From contig NC_042998.1 in assembly GCF_006345805.1 (NCBI RefSeq), positions 7,502,001-7,566,000 of the forward strand: 64,000 nt of DNA, written 5' to 3'. The DNA is from Octopus sinensis (taxonomy: Eukaryota). How positions within the stretch are numbered: position 1 is the stretch's first letter; every line of letters starts with the position of its first letter. The notes beneath the pieces are model-generated. The model searched no databases and had not been told where the DNA came from. It saw nothing but the letters and a program-made list of their open reading frames with translations. Both the position numbers and the translations under genes were made by a program. Below, in pieces: positions 23,583-37,890 of the stretch.

Positions 23583-23639
23583 ATATATGTGTGTGTGTGT
23601 GGTGTGTGTGTGTGTGTGTGTATGTGTGTGTGTGTGTGT

Positions 23640-23892
23640 GGATACTAGCTTGCGATCGCGAGGTCGTGAGTTCGAATCCCGGACCGGGCTGCGTGTTGTG
23701 TTCTTGAGCAAGACACTTTATTTCACGTTGCTGCATTCCACTCAGCTGTAGAAACGAGTTGCGACGTCACAGCTGCCAATCTGTATTAGCCGTTGCCTTT
23801 CCCTTGGTATGAACTTTGCCCGGACTTGTGTGCCTGGGAGGGCAACTTCCTAGGTGCAATCCCATGGTCAGTCATGACCGAAGGGGGTCTCA
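23640..23892 (+). mobile_element. SINE family D
   Basis: B box GAGTTCGAATCCC; central CTTGAGCAAGACACTTTATTTCACGTTGC. Confidence 0.8.
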
Positions 23893-24019
23893 GCATATGT
23901 GTATGTGTTCAAAGAAACAATGCATTTTTAATTGACCAACATGTGAATTGATAAGTTTCAGAGTTGCATTCCCACAGTTTAAAAAGATATTGAACTTTGA
24001 TTTTTCAATACTGTGCTAC

Positions 24020-24372
24020 GTTTACATGTATGTATGTGTGTGTGTGTATGTATATGTGTGTGTATGTATGTATGTATGTGTGTGTGTGAGTGTATGTATG
24101 TGTGTGTGTGAGTGTATGTATGTGTGTGTGTGAGTGTATGTATGTGTGTGTGTGAGTGTATGTATGTGTGTGTGTGAGTGTATGTATGTGTGTGTGAGTG
24201 TATGTATGTATGTATGTGTGCGTGTATGTATGTATGTATGTATGTGTGCGTGTATGTATTATGTATGTGTGCGTGTATGTATGTATGTATGTATGTATGT
24301 ATGTATGTATGTATGTGTGTATGTGTGTATGTATGTGTGTATGTATGTGTGTATGTGTGTATGTCTGTATGT
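24020..24372. repeat. (TG)/(TATG)n compound microsatellite
   Basis: Directly visible. Confidence 0.95.
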
Positions 24373-24593
24373 ATTCTTTCTTTTATTCTGTTACTTGTTT
24401 CAGTCATTTGACTGCAGCCATGCTGGAGCACCACCTTTAGTCGTACAAATCGACCCCAGGACTTATTCTCTGTTAGCCTAACACTTATTCTATTGCGTCT
24501 CTTTTGCCAAACCGCTATGCTACGTGGACGCAAACGCACCAACACCGATTGTCAAGCGATGAAGGGAGGACAAACACAGACACACAAATACAC

Positions 24594-24644
<51 letters not shown>

Positions 24645-24806
24645 ACGGGCTTCTTTCAGTTCCGTCTACCACATCCACTCACAAGTCTTTAGTCGGCCCG
24701 AGGTTGCAGTAGAAGACACTAGTCCAAGGTGCCACGCAGTGGGACTGAACCCAGAACCGTGTGGTTGGGAAGCAAGCCTTTCATCACACAGCAACTCTTG
24801 TGCCTA
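24373..24806 (-). mobile_element. SINE family A, diverged
   Basis: Similarity to the other A copies. Confidence 0.82.
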
Positions 24807-25800
24807 TGTATGTATGTATGTATGTATGTATGTATGTATGTATGTAGGTATGTATGTATGTATGTACGTATGTACGTATGTATGTGTGTATGTATGTATG
24901 TATGCATGCATGCATGTATGTATGCATGTATGTATGTATGTATGCAGGAATGTATGTATGTTTGTATGTATGTATGTATGTATGTATGTATGTATGCATG
25001 CATGTATGTATGTATGTATGTATGTATGTATGTATGTATGTATGTATGTATGTATGTATGTATGTATGTATGTAGGTATGTATGTAGGTATGTATGTATG
25101 TATGTTTGTATGTATGTATGTATGTATGTATGTGTGTATGTATGTATGTTTGTATGTATGTATGTATGTATGTATGTATGTATGTATGTATGTATGTATG
25201 TATGTAGGTATGTATGTAGGTTATGTATGTATGTATGTACGTATGTACGTATGTATGTATGTATGTATGTATGTATGTAGTATGTATGTATGTATGTATG
25301 TAGGTATGTAGGTATGTATGTATGTATTATGTATGTATGTATGATATGTATGTATGTATGTGTGTATGTATGTATGTTTGTATGTATGTATGTATGTATG
25401 TATGTATGCATGTATGTAGTATGTATGTATGTATATGTATGTATGTATGTATGTAATGTATGTATGTATGTATGTATGTATGTATGTTATGTATGTATGT
25501 ATGTATGTATGTATGTATGTATGTATGTATGTATGTATGTATGTAGGTATGTATGATGTATGTATGTATGTATGTATGTGTGTATGTATGTATGTTTGTA
25601 TGTATGTATGTATGTATGTATGCATGTATGTATGTATGTATGTATGTATGTATGTATGCATGTATGTATGTATGTATGCATGTATGCATGCATGCATGTA
25701 TGTATGCATGTAGGTATGTATGTTTGTATGTATGCATGTATGTATGTGTGTATGCATGTTTGTATGTATGTAGGAATGTATGTATGTACGCATCTATGTA
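24807..25800. repeat. ~1-kb (TATG)n microsatellite
   Basis: Directly visible. Confidence 0.97.
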
Positions 25801-27121
25801 TAATATTTATTTCGGACTTGGATATCCTATGGAATAAAAACATAGTAATATCACACACTAACATCCTCTAAGTTCCAATGCTTGTTAATATGTTTATTAT
25901 AATGTAAGTGCTGAGAGATTAAATTGGTAATTTCCAAGAAATGCCATATAAAAAAAAAAAAACAAAAAAAATCACTTACACGTGCATGGACATATATACG
26001 CAAACATATACTGATATGGTATTACTTGGCATCTCTTTGTTTTGTTTTGTCAGTCCTTTGTAAAACTTGGGAAGTATGCTAAATCCCAAGGCAATACAAA
26101 CACACAAACGCGCGCACACACACCAAAGACACTCACATAAGAGGTTTCGAAATACATCAGAGTTCCACACAATGTTAATCATACTCTTCAGAGAACACGA
26201 AAAATAGGTTGTTTTATTGTAAATGATACTGGGACAATATTGCTGAATCAGAAATTTTCTATTTTTAAAGACAGATCTTTCTCCAAGAATAATAATAAAA
26301 AAACCAAAAAACAAAAAAAACCCTTCTTCAATAACCAAATATTTTCTCCAAGGTTATTCAACTATTATGATACACACACACACACACACACTTGTTATTT
26401 TTGAGACGAAACCTGCGCATTTAAAATATGTACATTTGGGAGGAAACGTTTTAAAATATTTGAATGCTAAATTTAGGGCTTAATAATAATAATAATAATA
26501 ATAATATATATATATATATATATATTTATTGAGAGAGAGAAAGCAAAATGCTAAATCAACATATTGGTGTGTCGGTAATATTAGTACGCTAACACAAAGA
26601 AAACGAAGATAATTTGAGCATATTTTCCATTCATACATTCGTATTTATTTCTACTATGCTATGCTTGCCATGCCTTGGGCTCTAAACTATTTAATGAAAT
26701 CGTTGGGGCGCTGTCGTGATATACGGCGTGTCTCTGGTGTTTTTAGATACGACGAGGCCCATCTTTTTCCCAAGCCTGTTAATCACTGTTGATTTCTTCG
26801 ATAAGGTATAAAGGTAGACCAAAAAAGAAAAGAAAAAAAACAAATGTATGGGAGAAAGACAAATATTGACCTTTGTGCAGGAATCACATTTTATCCCTCA
26901 AAGAGGATGCAGGGCAAAGTGACTGCAGAGTGTTTTGAACCCAGAGACGTGAGAGCCTGGGCGATTATCACAGCAATATACCAGAGCTCTAATGACTTTC
27001 AACTGATCGCGCGCACACATACACACAGGCATGCGCGCAGGTGTGACTGCGTGATAAGAAGTTTTCTTCCCAACCACAAGTATCTTCTAATACAGTCCTG
27101 GGGCACCGGTTAGAACGTTTT

Positions 27122-27234
<113 letters not shown>

Positions 27235-27247
27235 CCTTATACGAGAA

Positions 27248-27368
27248 TGTAGCTGTAGAAAAACTGCCAGATCAGACTGGAGCCTGGTGCAGCCTCCTGG
27301 CTTACCAGACCCCGGTCGAACCGTCCAACCCATGATAACATGGAAAACTAACGATGATGATGATGATG
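27248..27368 (+). mobile_element. RTE-type 3' tail fragment ending in (GAT)n
   Basis: GAACCGTCCAACCCATG...CATGGAAAA...GATGATGAT; recognised from general familiarity with RTE and SINE tails. Confidence 0.55.
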
Positions 27369-27814
27369 ATATATATATATATGTATATGTATCTATGTAC
27401 ATACACACACAGCTATATATGCATGTGTGTACTATAATTGTTTTATACTTTTAAAAGCAATTGCACTGTAGTAATGTGTTGCGGATATTTAAAATCTGAA
27501 CAGTATCCTGCTGTGTTCACAAATAGCAAAGCATTAATGATTACTAGGAGTTAATTAACATGAAACAAATGTTTATGTGTAGAAATTATATTTTAATTTC
27601 GCTGTGTGTGACACGTATGGACTCTTTTATCTGAAAATAATAATTAAAAAGAAAACGCATCTTTCGTTGTTATTCATAATCATTCGTAGTAAATATTGCG
27701 CTATGGTCAACAAACAAGCATAACTTTAAGTGCACTCTAACCAAGTCTCACCTCTTCGTCCAACAATGATTCTTTACAAAAAAAAAAAGAATAAATAAAA
27801 TAAAACTATCTATT

Positions 27815-27979
27815 GTAGGCACAAACATTGACTCAACCGGTGCTTATTTTATCGACCACAAAATGGTGAAAGGCGAAGCCGACCCCGATGGAATTTGAAC
27901 ACAGAACGTAAAGATGGACGAAGTGCCGTTAAGCAATTTTTGCCCAGCGTGCCAGCGACTCTGCCATCCCGCCGCCCTA
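27815..27979 (-). mobile_element. SINE family C, diverged
   Basis: GGCGGCGGGATGGCAGAGTC head; GTTCAAATTCC B box. Confidence 0.7.
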
Positions 27980-28814
27980 AGCAAAACAAAAATAGTAATT
28001 TTATTCAAAATGTTTTTGCATTTTAGAGAAGACACTTGAAATGACAAAGTGGGGAAACTAGTCGTTATTATTTGCACAAAGTTATACGCAAGCAAAACAA
28101 ATATATTACAAATATAAATGTGGATGCCAAAGTTGAAATTAATCCGAATTTCAAAGAATAAAAAACTTAGAGTTAAATCTTTTAAGTGTCCTTGATTCAT
28201 ACAATCTACTTGTTTTCATGCCATAAAGAAACTCGATTCGTAAGTGTTTCATGTCTTGAATTAATAGTTTTGTAGAATTTTTTAATAAAGAATAGATTTT
28301 AAGTTGGTAATTTATAAGAAAATTGTCCAAAATAAACTTTTAAAATTCAGTTAAATATATCAGTTTCTGAGTCAGAAAAATGAAATTTCAGCCCACTTAA
28401 ATGTTGACATCAAAGATATATTTGCTTTTCATCTAATATTATTTTGTTAAAATTAATTTAAATATTAAGATTGAAATATAAATATGGATTATATGTTATG
28501 TAATAGTAATTAAATCTTTTCTTTAATTTCTTACTAAATACCTTCAGTTTGTAAATAAATGAATTTTTGAACTACACGATGAAAGCAAGAGCTTGAAAAA
28601 TTTATTTCACGGTGTTCGGAGAGATTATGAAAGAGATATTCTTTGGTAGTTTTAATGAGTCTTTGATACCTAATTAATAGTTACTCACTGTGAGAACAAG
28701 TATTAACTTCAACACTTGAAATTAAAGCCAGTCACATATTTACGAACTGTTAGAAATGAAATTAAATGCATTTAACTGATAAACTCATTTTAAGGGTTTT
28801 CCCTTTGTTTTAAG

Positions 28815-29203
28815 CTCTTACTCTTTTACTTGTTTCAGTCATTTGACTGCGGCCATGCTGGAGCACCGCCTTTAGTCGAGCAAATCGACCCCGGGAATTA
28901 TTCTTTGTAAGCCCAGTACTTATTCTATCGGTCTCTTTTGCCGAACCGCTAAGTTACGGGGACGTAAACACACCAGCATCGGTTGTCAAGCAATGCTAGG
29001 GAGACAAACACACACACATACACGCACACATATATATATATATATACATATATACGACGGGCTTCTTTCAGTTTCCTTCTACCAAATCCACTCACAAGGC
29101 ATTGGTCGGCCCGGGGCTATAGCAGAAGACACTTGCCCAAGATGCCACGCAGTGGGACTGAACCCGGAACCATGTCGTTGGTTAGCAAGCTACTTACCAC
29201 ACA
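28815..29203 (-). mobile_element. SINE family A
   Basis: Similarity to the other A copies. Confidence 0.88.
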
Positions 29204-29417
29204 TGAAAAATAACGTCCTTTATTTTCCCGTATCTTTGAGAAAATTGTTATTACTTGCAGAAACCTCCCTCCGTGCGTTTTCTGTTATTTTTTGGTTTGT
29301 TTTTCTTGCTGCTATATAATTTTTACACATTCGAATCTCGATTTGAATCTTTTTTTTTATATATGATGCGCTTAATTTATCTTTGTATCTTTATTCGTCC
29401 AGTAGTACTCACTCAAT

Positions 29418-29802
29418 GGATGGAAGCACTCCGTCGGTTACGACGACGAGGGTTCCGGTTGATCCGAATCAACGGAACAGCCTGCTCGTGAAATTAACGT
29501 GTAAGTGGCTGAGCACTCCAAAGACACGTGTACCCTTAACGTAGTTCTCGGGGATATTCAGCGTGACACAGAGAGTGACAAGGCCGGCCCTTTGAAATAC
29601 AGGTACAACAGAAACAGGAAGTAAGAGTGAGAGAAAGTTGTGGTGAAAGAGTACAGCAGGGATCACCCCCATCCCCTGCCTCGTGAAGCTTTAGGTGTTT
29701 TCGCTCAATAAACACTCACAACGCCCGGTCTGAGAATCGAAACCGCGATCCTATGACCGCGAGTCCGCTGCCCTAACCACTGGGCCATTGCGCCTCCACT
29801 TC
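29418..29802 (-). mobile_element. SINE family B with 11-bp TSD
   Basis: TSD ACTCACTCAAT at 29407-29417 and 29803-29813. Confidence 0.92.
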
Positions 29803-30371
29803 ACTCACTCAATAAATAACTTCGAAATAATAGCAAGCACTCAAAGACAGAATTTATGAAGTAATCGGGTTTTATGTTGACTTAACCTAGCTACGTAAAA
29901 GTTTTCAGTTTATCGTATATACACACGTCAGTTGGTCTCGTAACTGTGCTTGACTGTGAATTGGAAATCACACCTCATATGTACTAAAAAAAATCATTTC
30001 GAAAACTCTTACTGTAGGTTCGAACACATGTGATTGCATAATTTATTGTTTGCTGTGCATTACTTTATCGTCGATTTTATAAATTTGTACATTTAATAAC
30101 CTTTATAAACATACAATTACAGATGTACAGAGATGCGAAAATGTTATTTTTTTATACCCGTTCATCAACTGAACTACAATAACATGAACAGTGATCTCAA
30201 CCTAAGAATCAACTATCGGAAGCTTTCTACTTCTTCAACAACATCCAACAAGTATGAAAGAATACTAGATTCAACATAATTTGGCTAAAACTGCATTAAA
30301 CTTATAATTTGGAAAATATTTTTACTGATATGTTTGTTGAAAGTAACGTCATAGAGTATAAGAGGAGGGAT

Positions 30372-30431
<60 letters not shown>

Positions 30432-33400
30432 AGAGAAGGAACGCAATCTCGCTGTGAATGAAAAATAGTTTAGTTTTTTGTAGTCGGAATCTTCAATAAT
30501 AAAAGAAGTCTCAAAACCACATTTTGATAAAAAATTTTTATTACAATATATGAAATTTCTAGACAGTGTAGACTTTAATAATTGCTTTTGTTTAGTAAAA
30601 AGGTACATGCCCCAACTAATTAATAAGAAGCTTTCTTTATTTTAGTTTACATTTTTGTTGTTCTGCTTTGTCTTTAGTTTCATTTGTACTTTGGTTGTCT
30701 CATAACGTAACATAACTGTTATAATAGTATGTGTCTATATGTAGTGAAAGTAATATCACAATACAATACATTTTCTCCTATCATTGAAAGTTAAATAACA
30801 ACTGAATTATCTTCTAGTATAACTCAAAATGAAAATGTTGTAGTTTATTGTTTAGTAATTTGCTTCATGATCAGTCTTATTGAATTTCCTCCTAAGAGAT
30901 TCAACACGATGTTACATTATATTAATTTCCTTAAGTTACAAGGTATAGTATACTGTTTAAATAGTGTAATGTGCTTACTGATCCAGTTGTTACACTGTAA
31001 ACCATCATACATACAACCTATTATTTTAGAGCCTATCATATGCTATCTATCATTGGAAAATAATTAGGTATTATTCATAACCTGACGTTTAATTAGCTTG
31101 ATGATATCACTATGTACTTTTAAGTTTCATATTTATTCTACTAATTTTTAACTATGTATACTGTTCTGACAAGAGATTTGTTTTCTTTTGCAGATTTATT
31201 TACCATTAACATCTATTATATTTAGACACCTATTAAATGAGAAACAGACACTTCGAATAACTCAAATACCGAAAACAAATTATATAAGTAGACACAAATA
31301 AATAAATGAAAGAAAGAAAGAAGTTAACACTCATATCTTTCAAAGTGATTGTAAATACAGCAGACACAGTAGAATTGTCAAAAAATATGTCACCAAGAAA
31401 TCTTTTTTCGTGCTAAGTGCTCGGAAATACTTTTTTTAAAACAAATCAATTCATGTCTGGGTTAACTGTAAATTTTAGTGTTACCATAGTCGATGTCCAA
31501 CTGATATCCTACAGAGACGATATAAGTTTTGAAATATTCTGATCATTATATCTATGGCAGATATTTCAACATGCGAGATATGATGGAGTACAGACATGTC
31601 ATGCATTACAAAAGATATTGTTATGAAATTTTGAAGAAATATGCAAAAAAACCCCATTAATTTTGGACACGGTTCCTCATGTCGCTCTTACGGAAAGCGG
31701 GTAAATTTTAACAACTTAAAATCTTAAATCACGATCCACATATATGCATAATATATTTTTAATAATATATATATTTAGATTGACACTTTAATCCGTCAGA
31801 CTATTCCTAATTTTATTTTTCTGTTCCATTCTCTTTACATTTTTACTGCATACAGCCCCTCAATTTGGGTCTTTAAATTTAGTTGTTGTTTTTATTTTCC
31901 AACGAACTTTTTATATTTTTAATTGTTTAAGTATTCTTTTCAACGCCTGCCCGTACCTCCCCCTCTCTAACAACTTGCTTTTCATTGCATTAAAGTATCC
32001 TCTCCCTCCCTCACCTAATTCAACAGACCTTAGTTTTCATTTCTCTCAACATTCTCGCTCTTGACCTTATAACTAAATTCAATCATACAGTAGTTCTTCC
32101 TACGTGGTGCAGCTTTCATCATTTATCATTTCTACTTCACTCCATCTAAAATATCAACTTCAATAGTTTGGCCGACGCAAAATGTCACTTCTTTCATCGG
32201 ACTCTACTGGTTTATTATTTGATGTAGATTTTCTTGACTATCTTTGTCACTGTTGCATTTTGATACAAATGCATACAATGTAGCTCATTGCCTTTTTCAA
32301 AGTGACTAGAAAAAGGACATTAGGTAGAAGTAAAGACAGCAGTGTGAAAATGAGTTGCAAAAGGGTAGGAAATTTGAGGTTTTACTAAATGTTTGATCCG
32401 GGGGAAAAAACGTTAAAGTACGGAATGTCCATTAAGGACACAACACTTGGAAATAAAAACAAAATTAGATCAAATGCTAAAACATCTGTTCCGTTCACTG
32501 AGAAAATGTTCATTATGACTTATTTACAGACTGCTTTGTTTTTCTGCTGCAGAAAAATACAGAGCCTGGTGTGACATTTCTGACAATGGAAATTAAACAA
32601 TGCGCTAAACCACCTAAAGAATTTAAAAGAATTTTTGGATAATGTGGAAGCAGAATATATATTCACAAGAATACTCCTTTTTTGCTTTAGTCAAAGGATC
32701 AAGGTGTGTGTTATGTCGCACGTTCGGATGACCTCTGCTCAACTTCACTTTGCTCTCGACGTCTAGGCTTCTTCCTCTATATCTACGTATTGAGCTTGCC
32801 TACTTCATCGTCTGGGGGCGTCTACACAACAGTATGATAATTAACTTAAAGGCATACTTTCTAAGAATCTTGAAGCAATTTATAAAAACAATTCAACGGG
32901 AGGATGAGAGACTAATGAAAACGTTCAGCATTATAAATGCCGTGAGTAAACATAACTGAATCGCGAGATGATATAGAATCTTCAATCATGAACGGTGTTT
33001 TGGAAAGCCTGTGAGCACAGTGTATCCGTGACTTTATCAAGGTTTATGCTATCAGCAAGTTTATAAGTTCAAGATATTGGGACACTGGAAAGGAATGTGA
33101 GATTTGAATAGGTCGTAAATGATGTGGCTGCTAGAATCCCATACGGAAATTTTGTTTAATGAAAAGCTGATGCTTTTGGAACAAGAGAGACTTTCAGAAC
33201 AAGAAGGGAATAGAAGAGCTTTGCACACTTTAATTGAATGCAACAAAATATACTTAAAGAGTTGACAAAAAGAAGGTCTGTGAATTGTTGTTGGTGACCC
33301 TAATTGTGGACATAAAAAACATTAGAAGACAAATAGCTACAGAGCTCAGTTTCTACAATACGTTATATGAAGAAATGCAGCGCCGTATACGTCAAGCAAC

Positions 33401-34395
33401 TTTGAATGGTTTTTGACCACTGAAGAATTTTGCTGATTATGATGATCTACTCCCTGTTATTTCCAGTATCACCGGTTGCCCTATCACCCATCACGCAGCA
33501 AGCATCATCTTATAATGTAAGTATTAGGCTATAATATTCCTGCACTCTTGTCCATCCCGGCGTATTTATGGAATATCATTTTATATGTATACTTAGGGTG
33601 CTTGTTTAAACGCTCACTTTTGTTTCCGTGAAAAAAGTGATTGGATTATTTTTTCAAGACATTCTATATCGGAATATTTCTTAATATATAACAACATGGT
33701 AATCAGCGTAGAAATTGCATCACGGCAAGATTTTGAGGATCGTAAAATTTCTTAACGCACAGTACAACAACATTTGAAAAGAAGTACATTATATATGAAA
33801 TTATATAGATTAGAACTTAAACTGATTAGATTAAGAGCACATATAAGAGAGCAAAAGAGATAAAGAAGCAGCGTGACAATATATGAGCAATAATGTTCGT
33901 AAACATATCGAAATATAATTAAACACTGAGATTTAATTCGTAGGAAATGTTTTACGTATTTATCTATTATTTTACCCAGATCACGTGATATATTAACGTG
34001 CAAAACGTAATATTTTCATATCTTTTGTGTCTTAAACGTAAAAGCCAGGAAGGTTGCTATCGTTAATGCAAACTGGGAACTGATTAAATAGATGAATGTA
34101 ACATGATTCGTATGTGACGGCTGAAAAGATGAGTGCATGAATCAGTTTCTTACACATTTTGGCAACCAATCAAACTTCGGTGAATAATTATTTTTACGAA
34201 CGTTTTTTTGTCTGCTGCTCTGCTGTTTCCCTTCATCATTCTCTTGAACAATTAGTAAAGTGTAACAGTAACGTTTCAAGAAGCTTCCATTTTTAATAAC
34301 AGGAACAACAACAACAATAATAATAATAATAATAATAATAATGGCGGCACTCCAGCATGACCACAGTCTTAGGGCTGAAACGCATAAAAGAATTA

Positions 34396-34760
34396 TGTGT
34401 TACAAATAGGACGAAGTATAAACCAGCTTGTAAGTGGATGCAGTAAGCTAGCACAAAAAGAATATAAACTGCGTTCGTACAACGTACAGTGGGCTGTTAA
34501 CCAAGCTTGTGGATTTGAAGTGACAGGTCCAGAGGCTGTCGTAATGGATGGTAATTACAAGATTTTATTCTATAGACGTTAGTCATACTATCGAAGCAAG
34601 GAAACCAGATATATCCGTTGAGGTCAGGAAAATAAGAAAAAGATGTGTTTAAGACCAAAAACTTTTCAATACCATATGATGGTAAGAAAATTGAGAAAAT
34701 TGAAGAATAGCAGGTGAAGAGATTGTGGCACGCAAAGACAAAAACTGTTTCTGGGGTACA
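34396..34760 (+). pseudogene. Decayed C-terminus of a restriction-like-endonuclease (R4/Dong-like) non-LTR element
   Basis: SINQLVSGCSKLAQKEYKLR (CCHC-knuckle region), IEARKPDI at ~34590, then IPYDG and KRLW remnants. Confidence 0.7.
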
Positions 34761-35174
34761 ACACTTGAAATTAAGTCCTACAAGTAGTCACAGATTTCGA
34801 TAAAGCATTTGACGCGTTTCAGTTCACCTCATTACAAACTCTGGTGTTCTCATCTAGCCCCAGGTGAACTCTTATTGGATGGCCCCTTTTACGCATTCTA
34901 ATCATGACATTACAGATACCGAGTACTACAAAATTTAAATTGTCTTAATCTTTTTTATGATGACAGAATGTAATTTGAAAGTAATTTGGCTGCTGTTTCT
35001 CTTTTATCACGTAACTCTGTATGGGCTCATTTATTGGCTCAAATCCAGATAGTAAAAGAAGAAGAATTAGCGTCTTTGATGCTCGTCTCCAAAATAACAG
35101 GTTTGAAAATTTAAATAAACCTATGCAAGGCAAATCAGATATAAGTCTTATAAGCATGAAATAAAAGAATATAT

Positions 35175-36033
35175 AGATCTTTTTCCTTTCAACGGCAGAT
35201 CGAGAAATTAATTTTTTGTAATTAAACACTTTCAAACTTCGGACACCGGTAGAATGTGTCATATAAAACATCTTTTACTCTTAGTGTTGTTGAGAAAAGT
35301 TTCTATTTTCAAAGTTATTTCGTGTTAAAGTTGTTGTATTTCGGTAATTTCAACCAATCAATGACGTGCATTCAGCTGAATAAAATTACTGCTGCTGTTT
35401 GTCAACAACAACTTCCGGCGGTGTATTTCCATCTGTCACTGTTATTTATGACATATTTCATCTCAGTTACGTTTGTATAAATAAACGTGTGTATCCGAAG
35501 CATGTTTACTTCATGGCATCACCATAACCGTTTGTGCATTTCTACTGCTTTTAGTTTTTTTCCTGCTTTTCAGCTACTATTTTCGGAAAAACTTTTTTGC
35601 CCCTCCTCTCCAATTTCTTCATTTTTCCCTTTTTTCCGTAACTCTAACCCTAAAACCCTAACCCTAAATCCCAACCCTAAAACCCTAAAACCCTAAAACC
35701 ATAACCCTAACCCTAAAACCCTAAAGCTAAAACCAGTACAAACGCACGAACGATGTCATAAATAACAGTGGCAAACGAAATATACACCGCCGATAGTTGT
35801 TGTTGACAAACAATGGCAGTAATTTTATTCAGCTGAATACACGTCATTGATTGGTTGAAATTACCGAAATACAACAGTTTTAACACGAAATAACTTTGAA
35901 AATAGAAACTTTTCTCAACAACACTAAGAGTAAAAGATGTTTTATATGACACATACTACCAGTGTCCGAAGTTTGAAAGTGTTTAGTTACAAAAAATTAA
36001 TTTCTGTATCTGCCGTTGAAAGGGAAAAGATCC
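35175..36033. mobile_element. Merlin-like non-autonomous DNA transposon, ~280-bp TIRs, 8-bp TSD
   Basis: TIRs (A/G)GATCTTTT..TTTCAACGGCAG; arms 35175-35454 and 35753-36033; TSD GAATATAT at 35167-35174 and 36034-36041. Superfamily inferred from GG termini plus 8-bp TSD. Confidence 0.8.
35643..35734. repeat. Telomere-like (TAACCC/TAAAACCC)n tract inside the MITE
   Basis: Directly visible. Confidence 0.9.
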
Positions 36034-36159
36034 GAATATATAAATGAAGAGTAAATTAACTTTAATTACTTTAAAAAGAGTTGGTTTCGATAAATGTTTA
36101 GTAGACATTTCCTCATCATCGAAAAATTTCATAGAATTTAATCTTTTATATCGGTTTCA

Positions 36160-36352
36160 AATTTTGATACAAGGCCAGAACTTTCGGGCGAGTAGAGTAA
36201 GTCGATTACATCGACCCCAGTGTTCAACTGGTACCCCGAAAGGATGAAAAGAAAAGCCGACCTCGGCGAAATTTGCATTCGGAGCGTAAAGACAGACGAA
36301 ATGCCGCTAAGCATTTTGCTCGGCGTGATGACGGCTCTGCCAGCTCACCGCC
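36160..36352 (-). mobile_element. SINE family C
   Basis: Similarity to the other C copies. Confidence 0.8.
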
Positions 36353-37569
36353 TTAATTCAATCTGGATTTTCCGTTGTAAATTACAAACCAAAATTCACG
36401 AGGAAGAAAGAATGGCACCAACCATTACCAAAGATTAGTCAATACTTACGAAGTAGAATCGAATCATAAGTTAGATAAATTGCATGTGCATCATGTTAAT
36501 ATTAATTGTACATCTACAATATTATTGTCTTATTTCGTTGTTTAGGTTAAATCATTTTCTGAAAACATACCAGTAGTTATAGACTGTATGAAGAAAACTA
36601 GTTGAAAATATCAATTTCACTCGAAGTTCTACTAAACTATATAAGGTCGTAAATGATAGGAGTTGCAAGATCGTATAAGTAAACAACTGTCTCCTCGTTT
36701 ATTTGAGGATTTTTTAAATTGTTATCTTTGCTTTTTTTTACTGCAAAATTGAACGAGTTTATGTTCTGCCAGAAGAGGTGAATGCTAATGTTTTTGGAAG
36801 ACAAACAGCATCAGTTTCACTTTTGTCATTAGTATTGGTATTTAAAAGGCAGCAATTATAGAACTGACTTTCAAAATATTCACAAAACTTAATGAAAGTT
36901 TGCCCGAGACATTTAAAACGTGCACATATGCATTTCTTTCAAGCATTCCGCATCAGGCATCTGTAAAAGGCTATTGCCAGAGCAAAGCAAAGCAGCATTC
37001 GCCAATTCGTTGACCATCCAATCAGAGAAGCTGTTATCAAGACAAACCCATATGCAAATAAAGTATTCAGAGATGCAAAAGTAATAAAACACTCGACTCT
37101 AAAAAACTTATCTAGTATGATCTTAGTGATAATTGTTAAAATAAGCTGAAAGAACTAGAAAAAAAAACAACAACAAAAAACAAAGCAAACTAACCCAAAC
37201 GACAAATCCTTATCGCAACACTCGATTTCTTTAATTTCATTTTGTTTTCTTTGCCTGAAATCTTTGTCCCTGTTTCCTTTCCATTACTTAACTTCTCAAT
37301 TTTTGTCAGTTTCCATTCATTTAGAAAGTTCATGATTCAAGGAGGCAGCTACTTAGATAGCTATCAAGTTATCTAGCTTGTATAATTTTGATTTAAGTTT
37401 GTCGGTTTCTCTCCTCCAGTATTTTCTTGTTTCTTTTCAGACAGATGTTAAAGCAAGCTGAATATCAAGATATCTAAGAAGAAAAATACACATGATAAGT
37501 ATCTAGTTGTTGGCATCCTTTTGTCTTGAGAGACATTGGAGTTGCGCATAAACTAATCCAGTCTGGCTT

Positions 37570-37890
37570 TTACATTTCATGTCCTCTCCAGTTTGCGCAG
37601 GCCTGGGTTATATGTAAGAAAATCGTGGGTAGCCCAATCGTCAGGATTCCTCTCTCGACCTTGCTGACGTAGTCCAAAAGAGTACAGAGCATTACGTTTG
37701 GCACCAGCTTGGTTGCAGGAGCTTCCGCAAGAGTGTCGAGTCGAACATTAAACCGCCTACGGGGCTCCACTCCGGATTTCTTTGAAGGTTGTCTCCTTTC
37801 CGTAACCCTGGATTGAGGCCCATACCGAGTACTGTCAGCCGGAGCCAGCTGAGCCCGGGACTCGTGTCAGACAGGGTCGTCACTCCCTGA
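37570..37890 (-). mobile_element. Probable RTE-type LINE 5'-UTR fragment
   Basis: GC-richer block resembling RTE 5' leaders; no diagnostic protein motif. Confidence 0.35.

Noticed and set aside
4-25871. Long YI-, HTYI- and MYVC-repeat ORFs (for example 4107-4652, 12361-12825, 24493-25311)
   Set aside because: Translations of TA, CATA and TATG microsatellites; no coding evidence.
35643-35734. Telomeric repeats as a chromosome end or fusion site
   Set aside because: Short, degenerate and internal to a TIR element; recur in sister elements.
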